DNA of 64,000 bases from positions 135,346,001 through 135,410,000 of the forward strand of contig OZ024742.1 in the NCBI GenBank assembly GCA_964016885.1, read 5' to 3'. Position numbers and translations under genes: made by a program. Below the pieces are notes generated by a model, which was given only the letters and a program-made list of their open reading frames with translations, was not told the origin of the DNA and searched no databases. Shown here piece after piece: positions 41,361 through 55,158 of the stretch. Origin of the DNA: Eledone cirrhosa. Lineage: Eukaryota. Every line of letters begins with the position of its first letter. The first letter of the stretch is position 1.

Positions 41361-44300
41361 TACAGGCTGATATAGAGAGAAGGCCCATTCACTCGGGCCA
41401 TTCTCGCCACTTTCACCCACCTTTCATAAAACTTGCTGGGATACAGCACCTCTCTCTCCATCCTGATTCTTCTTCCAAAGTGGTATTTGAAAAAAAGAAT
41501 CAGTTGTTAGCCGGAGAGAAAGGTGTCTGACCTCAGCCCTTTCAACCTTGTCCACCATACAACCTCTTTCGCCATTGCTATCACACACAGGAAAACAGCC
41601 TCTCCTTCGTTTTTGAAGGAGGGTGGCGGTTTGATCATGACAACGGACTCGGTGGTCAACCGGATTGGTCCCACCCGCGACAATAGTCGTTCTACATAGC
41701 CCCACAGGTCAGTGACGCCCGGGCAGTGTATGAATGCGTGCGCGACGGTTTTTTCGTCTCGCACGCACCTCGGACAGATCTTTTTTGCAGGGTCCCTGCC
41801 CGGGCGCCCATGTCTGTAGAGTTTGTCTCGAACTGGTAGAGCTCCTCGGTAGTACTGCCAGGCCAGGGACTTTTGGAAGTTGTCCATTGGTCCCGGGCGG
41901 AAGGTCCTACCGATCAGACTGGCCAGTTCATCTTCCTCTACGCCTAGAGTTTCACCGAGCGCGTCGATTCACTTACTGCCGACCAACTCTCTATAGAATG
42001 ACGAAGTGTTGTCTCCACTGATCGCCGGATCCGTTTGCCAGAGGATTGTGAGCGCCTAACCACATTCGATGTGCCAGTCACCCATTTTCCTCGGTATTTG
42101 CTTGACCCAGGACTGCAGCTCGGTCAGCGAGACGAGTCGTGGGAAGGCTCGTCTCACGAACGGGGCCCACACCGGTTGTTCGGTGAGGAATACGAATAGA
42201 TGCCGTAGCAGCCTGAGCGCGTGTTTGCGCATCGTCAACCACGGCATCCCCAGCCCTCCGTTAGAAGGGTGTTGGCAGCAGATGGGTCTTCTCACCAAAG
42301 GAGCCCGCCTCTTCCAAAGGAATTGGAAGAGCGCGCGTTCCATTTTGGCGAGCGTTTTAGCTAGACAAGGCACGACGGTCAAGCGGTAGTAGATGGCGGA
42401 TGCTATAAAAGTGTTCGCCACCTCCGCTCGACCTTTCAAGGATAGTTTGCACTCGGCCCACTTCTGGGTGACTGCAAACACCTTGGTCGTCAGTTCGTTC
42501 CAGTTCTTCTCCACCTGGAGGTCCGGACCAAACCAGACCCCGAACAGCTTTACCGGTCCTTCCGTCCAGCGTCCGACGTCGCCATCGGAAGGCATCGGTT
42601 TGCCTCTCCACGATCCGAGTTGCAAACCGATGAACTTGTCCCGGTTCAGCTTCGCTCCTGTGAAACTTTCGTATTCCTTCAGTAAGGTGCCGACTTCCTC
42701 GATTTGCGAGGCGCTCAACACCATTACCGTCAAGTCGTCGGCGTAGGCCGACGCCGCTTTCCGCAGTCCCGGTTCCAGAGGGATGCCCTGCAATAGCTCC
42801 AACTTCCGCAGTAGTAGCTCGAGAGTCAGTACGTACAGAATGGAGGAGAGAGGGCATCCCTGTCGAATGGATCGCGTAATATGGAACGGCTCCGAGAGGT
42901 AGCCGTTCACCTTGACCCTTGAGCAGATGTTGCTCTTGTGCATTGCAGCAATCCAGCCCCTGAACACGGGTCCGAAGCCTGCCGCTTCGAGCACCGCATC
43001 CAGGTAACGATGGTCAACCCTATCGAAAGCCTTAAACTGATCCAAGTTGATCAGGGCCCCACCGAGCCGGGTTTACACCCAACCCTCTCTATGATGTATC
43101 GCATGAGGTGGAGGTTGTCGTTTATGGACCTGGTCGGGATTGCGCATGTCTACGCTTCTCTCACCAGGTTCCCGACGACAAGCGCCAGCCTCTTTTCCAA
43201 CACCTTGGCCAAAATCTGTAACTCTGTGTTTAGCAGAGTTATGTGCCGGAAGTTGCCTATGTCATCCCCCTTATCTCGTCCTTCCTAATTAGTGTGACTA
43301 CGCCCCCGGTTACAGAACTGGGAATTCTCCCGTTCTGTTGCCAGTTGCAGTAGACCGCTTCCAGGAGACCGGAGAATAAGTCCGGCATTGCTACGTAAAA
43401 TTCGTAGGGTAGACCGTCGAGACCTGGAGATTTGCGTTTGCCGCATTGGCTCAGCGCATCCCCTATCACAGCGGCTGAAATCGGCTTTTAGCAGAACTTC
43501 GCCTCTCTGTCCGAGAGTCGTGGTAGGCCGTCGTGGTATGTACCGAAATCCATAGCCCCTCCCGGCGCGCCGCCCCGCCCGAACAGTTGAGCAAAGTGCC
43601 GCTGAAAGGCCGCACACATCTGCTTCGGCTCACGTATCACGCGTCCGTTTTGCTCCTTCAAAGACCGAATCGTGGACTTGTTGCCATTTTTTTCCTCCGT
43701 CACACGGGCCCAGCTAACAGCTTTGGCTCCCTCGTTTCCCAGAGCACGTATTTTGCTTCTGACGACGCAGCCCTCGTGCTTTGTGTCGAAGAACTGGTCC
43801 AAGGCCGTTCTCGTTGCTAGCACGCTGGCTACGTTGCCACTTCTAATTGCCTCTTCTACTTTATCTACCAGTTCCTTCTCGGTTCTATTTCTATCTAACG
43901 CTAATTCTTTACTAAAAACTAACGAGTCTCATCTAACTGCCCTCTTGAGAGAGTACCACCATCTGTTGTTGACAATGGCCCCTGTCAAGTGCTGTTTAAC
44001 TAAAGTGCTAATCCGTCTACTGTAGGCTTTGTTTGTCGGTAACGACAAGTTCAGCTTCCTGTAGCCGGGTCAATGTCTATGGGTTCTATCAAGGTTGGCC
44101 ATGCAGGTCACTAGTTTGTGATCTGAATAGGCAACCATGAACATTTGTGGACAGCTTAACATGTCCCTATCCTTATTTCTAACTAGAACCCTATCTAAGT
44201 ACGATCTAGATGTTCCCCTACGATTAGTCCACGTCCACAGTGGCGCAGTCGGAAAATCTAGTCGATATCTATCGGCCAGGTCAAATCGGTCGATTAACTG

Positions 44301-44795
44301 TTTGAGGCTGTTACACCCCCCTTTATCGGGACATGCTCCCACATAGTCCCAACTTGCATCTAGGATTCCATTCCAGTCCCCCACTAAAAGCAAGGAGCGG
44401 GACGTTCCCAGAAAAGTCTCTAGACGTTTGAAGAAGTCTGGCCGCGGTGTCCCGGATGGGGCATATGCGGCCATCAGCCTGAAGGCTCCACCTTCACTAC
44501 CGCCAACGTCTAGGACCACCAGTCGACTCTCCGGCTCCAGATGTATCGTCTGTGTTACGAGGCCCAGGTGATTCCTTAGCTACGGCAAATCCGCCTCCAC
44601 CCCTGGTTGAGAGAGAGATGCGTAGATCTCAAAGTCATCGAAGATGGGGGCCAGCTGTCGCTCGCTGTGGATCCTGGACTCGCAAATGGCTACCACATCC
44701 ATACTGTGCGACCTGCGGTCGTTTAAGAGTTGGCCCTGTTTTCAGGGCATCCCCAGGCCGCGTACGTTCACACATCCAACTCTTATATTGGCCAT
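41361..44795 (-). pseudogene. Tx1-like ORF2 (APE-RT-CCHC), frameshifted
   Basis: NVRGL, GDWN, YLDR, SDH; KSPGLDGLPYEFY; DQFKAFDRVDH, RQGCPLS, YADD; CPRC..HAFIHC. Confidence 0.9.
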
Positions 44796-45289
44796 GTTGG
44801 TGCTGAAAAGTTAAAAGAGGAAAAGAGATCACTCACCCTTCGTCTCCTGGGGACCAGGCCGCACGATTTCCATGGGGGTGTTGGATTGGTTGTCTGGATG
44901 GGTGGTGCTTCCGATGGGGTGGGGACGGAGATATTTGGTGGGGTGGTGTCTGGTGGAATGAGGGGTGTCTGGGGTGGGGAGACATTTGAGAAGGACGCGG
45001 TTAAGTAGTTTCACGCAGGAATTCCCCACATCCTTCTCAAATGTTTCTTAGGGACCTATAAGTCTGTATAAGGACCTTAATCAGTTTTAGGTTCAGTTTT
45101 TTGTTATTTTTAATAGTGGGCGAAAGTTTTCCCTTCGGTTTTGACCGAAGGGTCGTTCGTGATGGTCTCCATTAGTGTTTTGTTTTCAGTGTTTATGTAA
45201 GTGTAAGTGTAATTTTCTTGTGTTGTGTTTGTTTTTTGTCTGTAGTTCTTGTGTGTGCTTTCGTTTTGTTGTAGGTATATTGTCTGTCT

Positions 45290-46436
45290 TGGTCCTTCAA
45301 ATACCGAATCGTAGACTTGTTGCCACTTTTCGCCTCCGTCATGCTGGCCCAGCTAACAGCTTTGGCTCCCTAGTTTCCCAGAGCACGTATTTTGGCCCTG
45401 ACAACGCAGCCTTTGTGCTTTGCCTCGAAGAACTGGTCCAAGGCCGTTCTCGTCGCTAGCACGCTGGCTACATTGCCACTCCTAAGTGCCTCTTCTACTT
45501 TATCTACCAGTTCCTTTTCGGTCTTACTTCTATCTAACACTAATTTTTTACTAAAACCTATCGAGTCTAATCTAACTGCCCGCTTGAGAGAGTACCACCG
45601 TTTGTTGTTGACCATGGCCCCCGTCAAGTGCTGCTTAAATAAAGTGCTAATCCCTCTACTGTAGGCTTTGCATATCGGTAACGACAAGGTCAGCTTCCAG
45701 TAGCCGGGTCGCTGTCTATGGGTTCTGTCAAGGTTGACTAAGCAGGTCACTAGTTTGTGATCTGAATCGGCAACCATGAACATTTGTGGACAGTTTAACA
45801 TGTCCCTATCACTAACTCTAACTAGAAACCTATCTAGGTACGATCTAGATGTTCCACTGTGGTTAGTCCTCTTCCACAGTGGCACAGTCGAAAAATCTAG
45901 TCGATATCTATCGGCCAGTTGAAATCGGCCGATTAACTGTTTGAGGCTGTTACACTCCGCTCTATCGTGACATGCTCCCACATAGTCCCAACGTTCATCT
46001 AGGATTTCATTCCAGTCCCCCAATAACAGCAAGGAGCGGGACGTTCCCAGAAAAATCTCTAGACGTTTGAAGAAATCTGACCGCGATGTCCCGGATAGGG
46101 CATATGCGGCCACCAGACTGAAGGCTCCACCTTCACTACCGTCAACTTCTAGGACCACCAGTCGACCCTCCGGGTCCAGATGTACCGTCTGTGTTACGAG
46201 GTCCAGGTGTTTCCGCAGCAAAACGGCAACTCCGCCCCAGCTCCCGGCTGACAGAGAGATGCGTAGATCTCAAAGTCGTCGAAGATGGGGGCCAGTTGTT
46301 GCTCGCTGTGGATCCTGGACTCGCAAATGGCTACTACATCCATACTGTGCCACCTGAGGTCGTTTAAGAGTTGGCCCTGTTTCAAGGGCATCCCCAGGCC
46401 GCGTATATTCATACATCAAACTTTTATATTGGCCAT
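45290..46436 (-). pseudogene. Upstream duplicate of the ORF2 AP-endonuclease domain, truncated
   Basis: ORFs 46194-46412 and 45370-46221 are homologous to 43655-44795. Confidence 0.88.
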
Positions 46437-46476
46437 GTTGGTGCTGAAAAGTTAAAAGAAGAGGAAAAGAAATCAC

Positions 46477-48344
46477 TCAACTCATCGTCTCCTGGGGACC
46501 AGGCTGCACGATTTCCATGGGGGTGTTGGAGGGGTTGTTTGGTGGGGTGGTGGTTTCTGGCGGGGTCGGGACGGAGATGTTTGGTGGGGAGGGGGTGTCT
46601 GGTGGTATGGGGGTGTCTGGAGTTGAGGTGGGGATATATTTTAACAGGACTCGATTGTAGGGGTTTACGCAGGGGTTACGTACGTCGTTAGGAAATTTTC
46701 CTTTTAACTGTTTATGTCTATCCATGGAGTTCCTAATCATTTAAAGATTAGGATTCTCCGAAGAGTGTATAAAAGTTTTCCCTTCGGTGGAGACCGAAGT
46801 GTTTTATATATGGTGTCTGTTAAAGTTTTATTGTTAGTATTTATGTAGGTGTAACATTTTTGTTGTGTTGTGTTGCTTTTTGTCTGTGGTTCTTGTGTGT
46901 GTATACGTTTTATAGTAGGTGTTTTCTTTTCAGGCGGGGGTGTTTTTGTTTGTGCTGCTTGCGTCGCTTGCGTTGGTGTTTGTGTGTTTGTTGCATTTTT
47001 GCTTCTGTTATGTCTTTTCTCTTTTCTTTTTACTGGTCGGAAAGGCTCTCCCACATCGTCACTGGATGACGATGATGTGGCCTCATCCGTGTTGTTGGGT
47101 AGGCGTTCATTTTGGGGAGCTGTTATGTGTGTGGGTGTTTCTGGAGTTGTTTTAGGTAGGGAGGAGTTGGGTGGAACTCTGTCGTTTCTTTTGTTGTCAC
47201 TATTTTTTATGTTGTTGTCTTTGTTGTGGTGTTGATTGTTGTGCTGGTGTTGCAGGTGTTAGCAGTAGTGCCTTTTTTTGGCTAGTTAGCCGAGGATAGG
47301 AGGCTCTCAGGTGAACCCTGCTTAAGCAGTGGTAACATGAGGGCCGCCTACCCTCGACCGAAATGTTTATGTATATAAGCCCATCCATCAGCACACGTTC
47401 CGGGATCCTAGCTATTCGTTCTGGTGTCATTTGGACCAGAATTTCCAGGCAAGTTCCGCTGAACAGGTCGCCGAAGGACTTACCTACCGATATTATTGAG
47501 TCTTTTTCGAGGTTTAAAAATCCACATAGTACTCATCAAATATCAATATTTAGTGTGATACTTTGGATTTTTATTTTCTGTGTTCTTTTCCTCATGTAAG
47601 TGGGGAAAAAGGTGAACAGCGGTGACACAATTGGCGACACAGAATATTTCTGTGTCGTCAATTGGTCTTTCATCAGAATGGATAAACTCCCGTAGAGTCT
47701 ATCCTTCTTAATGAAAGCAATGTCTTTTACGGCATCTTTTAAAACCAACTCAATTTCACCTTGTGAAAGTTGAGTTGGTTTTCGGGTTTTGTTTGAGACT
47801 GTCCTGAAAACCACAGTTTTCAAGGCAGTTTTTCTTCACAAATCTGGGGGAGAGTTTATGGAGAATGATCCGTTCTCCACAAAAGTTACGTACTGCCTGG
47901 CGTTATTCAAAAGCTCATTTGCATTTGAAATATCCACCGGAGTGTAGCTTACCGTTTTCTTTACGGTTTGCACAAACGATATTTTGTCGTTTCCTTACTT
48001 GTTGCAGTTATTGGTCTTGTTGTTATTGTTGTTGTTGTTGATGTTGTTTTCGTTCATAGTATTGTTGTTGTTGTTATTGGTGTTGTTTTCGTTCATAGTA
48101 TTGTTGTTGTTGTTGTTGCTGATGCCGCTGGTTGTGTTGTTTTTTTTCCTTGTTTCACACTTTTGGTTTTGGTTTGTTGCCATGGCATCGACAAGTTGTT
48201 GGTCAGCAGGTCAACAAAATCCTTCCTCTGGCTGACTTTTGTCTGAGACATCTGCTACTATGAGAGTGGAAGAGGGAAGCTGTAAGCATATCTTCCCCTT
48301 CCTGCTTCGAATGTTGGTGAAGAAGTTGTTGTTGCTTCAGCCAT
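46477..48344 (-). pseudogene. Tx1-like ORF1 (disrupted)
   Basis: Starts MAEATTTSSP; Asn-rich tract; VEGRRPSCYHCLSRVHLRASYP (CX2CX4HX4C remnant); Pro/Thr-rich end. Confidence 0.75.
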
Positions 48345-48558
48345 TTTTTTTAAAAACGTTAGTTTTTCTAAAAAAAACGTTTTATGAACTATTTCGCCTA
48401 AAGGCGTAGAATATTTTGAGAGGCTGACCAGATCAAAATTTGACCTGGCAGTCCCTCTACAAATTGGTATAAAAATGAAGGTTCACAGTCACGAATTTCT
48501 ATAGAAATTTAAGCAGAACTTACCTAGCAAGTGTCAACCGTGTGTCAATCCCGGACGT

Positions 48559-48591
48559 AGATAGATAAGATAGATAGATAGATAGATACAG

Positions 48592-48644
<53 letters not shown>
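48559..48644. repeat. (GATA)n microsatellite at the Tx1 5' junction
   Basis: Directly visible. Confidence 0.95.
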
Positions 48645-48645
<1 letters not shown>

Positions 48646-49004
48646 CCAAACGAAGAGTCGAAATGAGCATTCAGGTGTTTGGCGGTATTTTCAGTAAAGA
48701 CTTGGTCCTACATGGGGCTGCGTAATCACTGTTAGGTTTATGCTGCCATTTCGATAGTTAAGTGTCATGATTTCGGAAAAAAACACTATGACTGGGATAA
48801 GATATGACCTGCTGAGTTCTCAGATTGTTATGATATGCAGGTATTGACTATGTTTCATGTGATCTCACATTTCAACCATATAAAATATCTGAAATCAACT
48901 AGAAAACAGTTTAAATGAAGTATAGAATGAAATGAAATTTCAGCCAGTCGTGTCGTTATTATAATGTCAGAAATACACGTTTCTTAATGGAACTAAGTAA
49001 CTGT

Positions 49005-49455
49005 TTCTACTTTAGGCACAAGGCCAGCAATTTGAGGAGGAGGGGAATGTCGATTAAATCGAACCCGGTGCATTACTCGTGCTTTATTTATCGACCCAAC
49101 AGGGAGGAAAGGCAAAGCTAATCACGGCGGGATTCGAACTCGGAATGTAAATGGCTGTAACTCTATGCCACAAGCATTATGTCGGACGCTCTATCACCCT
49201 AGTGAAACTAAATAATAGTTTATAAAATAGGCATAAGGCCAGCAGTTTTCGGAGTGGAGGGGGGGGGGGGGGTGATTAAAGCGACCCCAGTGCGTGACTG
49301 GTACTTTATTTTATCGACCCCGTAAGGATGAACGGCAAAGTTAACCTACGCGGGATTTAAACTCAATTCATAAAGGCCCATAACTCTATCCTGAAAAGCA
49401 TGCTGTCCGGCGCTCTACTGATACTGCCAATCGACCGCCCTAGTGAAACTAAATA
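49005..49455 (-). mobile_element. Two tandem SINE copies (Meta/Nin-like family)
   Basis: TTTATCGACCC..GGCAAAG..CGGGATT occurs twice; both end in CCCTAGTGAAACTAAATAAT. Confidence 0.78.
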
Positions 49456-49772
49456 ATTAAATCAGCTTGATAAGTTAAATGTTAAGGTTTTCTTAGCTGA
49501 GGAAGAATATACAAAAGTATAGTCGTAATAGAGATTATATATATTATCACTTACTGAATGTGATGTGTAACAGAAACTGAGTTTCCTCTGTACGAATATA
49601 GAAGAAATTATAACAGTGTTTGTTACTGTTCCAAATCTAATATTATTTTATTATTTTCAAAATCATTTGAAAATCACGGGTTATTTTTCAGAAAATATGA
49701 TAAAGAAATGGTTAAAGTGTTTAAACCTCATATCTTTTTATCAAAAGACTGCTCACAGATGAACTGCTATTC

Positions 49773-50020
49773 TTTTAACTGTGGACAAATTCAAATTAGA
49801 ACAACTACTCTCTCGGTATATTGCAACTATATATTTTAACTATGTACAAATTCAAATTAGAACGACTACTCCCTCGGTATATTGCAACTATATATTTTAA
49901 CTATGTACAAATTCAAATTAGAACGACTACTCCCTCGGTATATTGCAACTATATATTTTAACTATGAACAAATTCAAATTAGAACGAATAATCCCTCGGC
50001 ATATTGCTACTATATATTTA
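49773..50020. repeat. 61-bp minisatellite, ~4 copies
   Basis: TTTTAACTATGTACAAATTCAAATTAGAACGACTACTCCCTCGGTATATTGCAACTATATA unit. Confidence 0.92.
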
Positions 50021-50546
50021 AACAATGAATGCTGTAATCAATTTAATAGAGCTCATCATTGCTTCGCTATTCAAGAAATGTTAATGATTAGCTTAACCCC
50101 AATGGAATTTAATCTCAGAACTCAAATAACATACTTAAATACCTCAAGGCATTTAGTACGAATTTTTTAATGGTAAGATTATGTGTGGGGCGTTACTTTA
50201 ATGATTAAGTGACTCTTGTAAGTGACACTAACCATGTCATATCTAAACTGTCTGTCCATTTATAATATTTTTTTAATTTAATCAACATTTTGCTGCATCA
50301 TTGGGAAACGCTCCAGCTGAAGTTGTTTAAGGATTTAAATAAACAATTATAATATAACAATTATAATATAAACATATATAATATATCAAAAGAAATCTCT
50401 AATATGATGTTGAATATTGAAGTAATTGTTTGAAAAAATTTCAATATTGTTCACTTTAAAAATTATACACAAACACACAGAAACACACATACACACACAT
50501 ACACACATACATACGCATACACACACACACACACACACACACACAA

Positions 50547-50584
<38 letters not shown>

Positions 50585-51426
50585 GTATATACAATTGCAT
50601 TTGATGCTATTTTTAAAGATTTGTTGTTAGTGTTGTGATGTTAGTATTATTAATGTTATTTTTGTTTTTGTTTTAAGGATGTTTTAGGGACTTATATTTT
50701 ACACTCATTGAACACGTAATTTAATATCCCTGTCAACCAATTTTCAGAGTAAATACCGCTGACTTGACAGCTAACCGGTGGAATTTAATAAGAACATTTT
50801 GTTTTTATTTTTTGGTTTGTTTATTTCTTTAAATTTGAAGACTTTATTAGCGTTTTCATTGAAATTCTTCAAACACATCCTATAAATCACATTGGCACAA
50901 AACACCAACCATCTTCAGAAACGTTGCAACGTTGCTGTCACTATCACCGCCAACAAACAACCTACACAAATACTACTCAAAACAGTAGAAATTACTGCCA
51001 CCACCAATACCACCACAAGTATCAATAAAAGTACACAGTCCAAAGCCAGCATCAACACGCCTTCAACAAAAAAGAAAGATAACTCAACAACCATATTACA
51101 CCAAATGTATCAGTGCCAATATCAGCTCTACCCGTAACATCACCAACATTGCCACCAGTAAGGGAACGTTCACACCACCATAACCCCAATGCAGAGGAAG
51201 CATATCAAAAACAACAACTACATCATGACTCAGATGGCTAACATGCACACAACTGAAATTAACACCATCATCATCACAACATCAGCAACATCAACAACAC
51301 TACCATCGGCACTAACAACAACCCCAACAACGAATAAAACCTTGCGCGATATTCACAGCAACATCATCAGCATGGCCTTACTTAGCACTGCTACTAATAA
51401 TAGTAGTAGTAATAAAGTCATGCCTA

Positions 51427-51496
51427 CATACTACTACTACTGCTACTACTACTATTACTACTACTACTATTACTACTACTGCAACTATTACTACTG

Positions 51497-51544
<48 letters not shown>

Positions 51545-52007
51545 TTACTACTGCAACTATTACTACTACTACTGCAACTATTACTACTACTACTATTACT
51601 ACTACTGCAAATAGTACTACTACTACTACTGCAACTACTACTACTATTACTACTGCAACTATTACTACTACTACTACTACTACTGCAACTATTACTACTA
51701 CTACTACTGCAACTACTACTACTGCTACTACTACTATTACTATTATTACTACAAGTACTACTACTACTACTACTACTACTGCTGCTGATGATGATGATGT
51801 TACTGCTGTTGTTGCTGCAGATGTTGTTTTTGCTTTTGCACTACTACTACTACTACTACTACTACTGCAACTATTACTACTACTACTACTGCAACTACTA
51901 CTACTACTACTACTATTACTATTATTACTACAACTACTACTACTACTACTACTGCTGATGATGATGATGTTACTGCTGTGTTGCTGCAGATGTTGTTTTT
52001 GCTTTTG

Positions 52008-52062
<55 letters not shown>

Positions 52063-52225
52063 GCAACTATTACTACTACTACTACTGCAACTAATACTAC
52101 TACTACTATTACTATTATTACTACAACATCTACTACTACTACTACTGCTGCTGATGATGATGATGTTACTGCTGTTGTTGCTGCAGATGTTGTTTTTGCT
52201 TTTGCTGCTGCTGCTGCTGCTGCAT
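51427..52225. repeat. (TAC)n trinucleotide array with a higher-order block repeated three times
   Basis: GCTGATGATGATGATGTTACTGCTG..TTTTGCTTTTGC at ~51780, 51955 and 52150. Confidence 0.92.
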
Positions 52226-52524
52226 ATATTCATAACAAAGGAATTTAGATTATTCCAAAACTAAATGAAATATCTATTGTTATAGGTTCGGGGAATATTA
52301 CGTTAGAATTATCGTTATTCTTACAAATGTTTTTAGTTGGGATCTTATTCAGTATAGTATTAATGTCAAATTCCCATATATCTTGATTATATAGCTGTCT
52401 CTACTGATGTTACTGGTGTTGTTCTTTAATGTATGGACATGTCTGATTGAGCAAACCTGTGACTAGAGGCACGTCAATCAAAACCTATTTTTCAACTAAT
52501 GTCTATTTCCATTATTTTCATTTG

Positions 52525-52645
52525 ATCTGAGTTCAAATCCCGCCGAGGTTAACTTTGCCTTTCATCCTTACGGGGTCGATAAAATAAAGTACCAGTAATG
52601 TAGTAGGTAATTGCTGGCCTTGTGCCAAATGTAGAAACAATTATT
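52525..52645 (+). mobile_element. SINE fragment (Meta/Nin-like)
   Basis: GAGTTCAAATCCCGCCGAGGTTAACTTTGCCTTTCATCCTTACGGGGTCGATAAAATAAAGTACCAGT. Confidence 0.8.
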
Positions 52646-52779
52646 TTCATTTGAAACACTGATTTGTCGGCAATCCACGACACATATATACATATCATAT
52701 ATACATACACATACACACGCACACACACATACCCCCCCCCCCCCTATATGTATATATATATATATATATATACATCGTT

Positions 52780-53100
52780 AGGCACCCATCGAATATTTTT
52801 GCACCTAGAAAGTTCCCCTCGGAGGCACAACCCTGGGTAAGGTGTGTTTGTGGAAGATCAGCAGTCACCCATGCATACCAGTTTCCCCTCTCTCACCACG
52901 CCACCAGTGATGTCCTAGGGAAAGGCAATGACTGATATAGCTTGGCACCAGTGACGTCGCAACTCTTTCTACAGCTGAATGCACTGAAGTAATGTGGAAT
53001 AAAATGTTTTACTCAAGAACTCAACGCACCACCCGGTCCGGGATTCGATCTCACAACCTTATTGTTGTGAGCTCAACGTTCTAGCCAGAAAGCCACGCGT
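52780..53100 (-). mobile_element. tRNA-derived SINE (family of 6600-6872, longer tail)
   Basis: CTACAGCTGA..CACCCGGTCCGGGATTCGA shared with 6737-6870. Confidence 0.72.
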
Positions 53101-53399
53101 ACATGTAATTTTTGCCTCTGAGTCTCTTCTCTGGTTATTTCCAGTCGTAATAATTTTATGAATGTCTCTCGTTTTCTATCGGAAGTCACCCTTAAATTTA
53201 ACTGTTCTTTCTTTGTTTTTATTCGTTAAAGTTTTTTGCGCGAACTGGTATTAGTAGTGCAAAACGACTGGAGTGCTTGATATTGCACGTCAGCAGGCTA
53301 TCTGTTCGTCGTACTCTCTTTCTGCGTGCATGTCCTGCATGTGTGTGTGTGTGTGTGTGTGTGTGTATGAGTCTATGCATATATAAAGTGACAAATGCA

Positions 53400-54870
53400 T
53401 TTGGACACTTTAAGAAGATTTATTGTTAATAAGATAACCGGTTTCATTATTTAGCTATTTTCGAAGTTTAGGTGGGATGGTAAGGGTTGTATGAAAGCCG
53501 TCACTGTCAGGCCTCTGACTGGAGATCGGAAATCGTCCAGCTTTAAATGGAGGGTTTCATGGCTCAAATTGCTGTATGTTTATGACATTTGAACGGTTGA
53601 AGATAACCACGGGATTAGTCCCAATATTTTGTTATTTAACTATAAGGCATGTGAATGAATATGATTCGATAATACATCATAATTGCATCAAAAGTTATGA
53701 TTTTCATTGTTCAATGATTATGTTTATTGTCAGCAGAAGTGTAAAAACTATATAAGTTATTTAAGTAAAGTGACCGGCTGTACAAGAATTGTATGTATTA
53801 TTGACTATGTTTGTATGTGAAAGGTTGTTAAAGAATTATTTTGTAAAAGTATATTCAGTTATGGTTTGTATTTATGTACAAGTTTATTTTCTTTTTTTTT
53901 CAATTCATCTGTGGTGTCTCCTGAACAAATGAAAAGTAGAAATATTAGGAATATCTGTTACACATAAATCTGAACACTGATTCAGTGGAATATGTCGTGT
54001 AATTGTTAACGATTAGTAATAATTCCGTTTCTGCGGGTGCGTTACTTGTTTGCTCTATATATTCTTCCTTACATCCTTTAGTTTCAACAGCGCATATTTA
54101 ATTTGTTGAAGAACATGCGATATGCTTTTTACTATAAAATATCGCCCTAATTGAAATGTGTTTCATGTGCCTTCAATAAACTTGATTTCAGTCCCACATT
54201 CGAAGTTGAGTAGTTTTTAAGGGGTGGTGATTGTCTCTTTCGCTTGATTATTTTATGTATTTAGACTGTTTTCTTCATTGGTGGGTCATATCTCAGTAAT
54301 CAATGTTTCTAATGGATAATTATTTAGGCGTGTCTAGTGATTTTCTTCTTCCTAGTTCTTGAATATATTTTGCCTTGGCAAGTGCCATTCTATTATCTAT
54401 TAATATTCATCGATACAGTTTTTCACGCAGTGTTTGTTTACATTCTTGGTATCTTTAATTCTGCAAAAAATACGACAGATTATTCTTGCTATATGAAACG
54501 ATATATTTGTGTTTGTATGATATGGATGACTTGAGATGAATATCAACTATTGTTTAGAGTCTGTTGGTTTATAATAGAAGTCAGTTTAACTGTTTGTGTA
54601 TTTTTTATGATTAGGATGTGAAAGAATGATAATTGATTTTGACTATATTCCATTGTAAATTGATTATTATAGTTTATGCTATTAATTCGGGATTCGAAAC
54701 CATTGTGTTGGTCAAAACTGTGCGTCCACTGGATAATGGAGTCATCTAAGTAACGTTTTTTTGTCTAGCATATGTTTATGCCTAAACACGTGATCAATCT
54801 CATCCAACCAAATTTCATCGTAAATATGTCTAGTTTCCAGTCGGTTTTAATGTGTAGAACTAAGCAGGGT
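53400..54870 (-). mobile_element. Old decayed PLE (RT C-terminus plus GIY-YIG)
   Basis: Minus-strand remnants KRYLDDSIIQWT and GCKEEYIEQTS; HHR remnant GAAACCGGTT near the 3' end. Confidence 0.6.
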
Positions 54871-55158
54871 GTAATTACAATTGTTTCTACTTTTTGGCGA
54901 CGCTCTACCGATACTGCCAATCCACCGCCTTACATACTGCCATTACACCGCAGGGTGTAATTATAATAATAATTGTTTCTATTTTTGGCACAAGGCCAAA
55001 AATTACCCAGTACATTACTGGTACATTTATTTTATCGACACCGTAAGGATGAAAGGCAAAGTTAACCCCGGCGGGATTTGAACTCAGACCGTAAAGGGAC
55101 GAAACTATGTTGGAAAGCATTATTATTATTATAATTATTATTATTATTATTATTATTA

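Larger units (their letters stand above)
41175..48558 (-). mobile_element. Tx1-like (L1/Tx1 clade) LINE, near full-length but disrupted, with internal duplication
   Basis: ORF1 with Zn-knuckle remnant; ORF2 with APE, RT and C-terminal CCHC domains. Confidence 0.9.

Noticed and set aside
49773-50020. Regular repeats superficially like a CRISPR array
   Set aside because: Contiguous tandem units without unique spacers; eukaryotic context; no cas genes
51189-52248. Poly-Y/T/S/V ORFs
   Set aside because: Translations of the (TAC)n array
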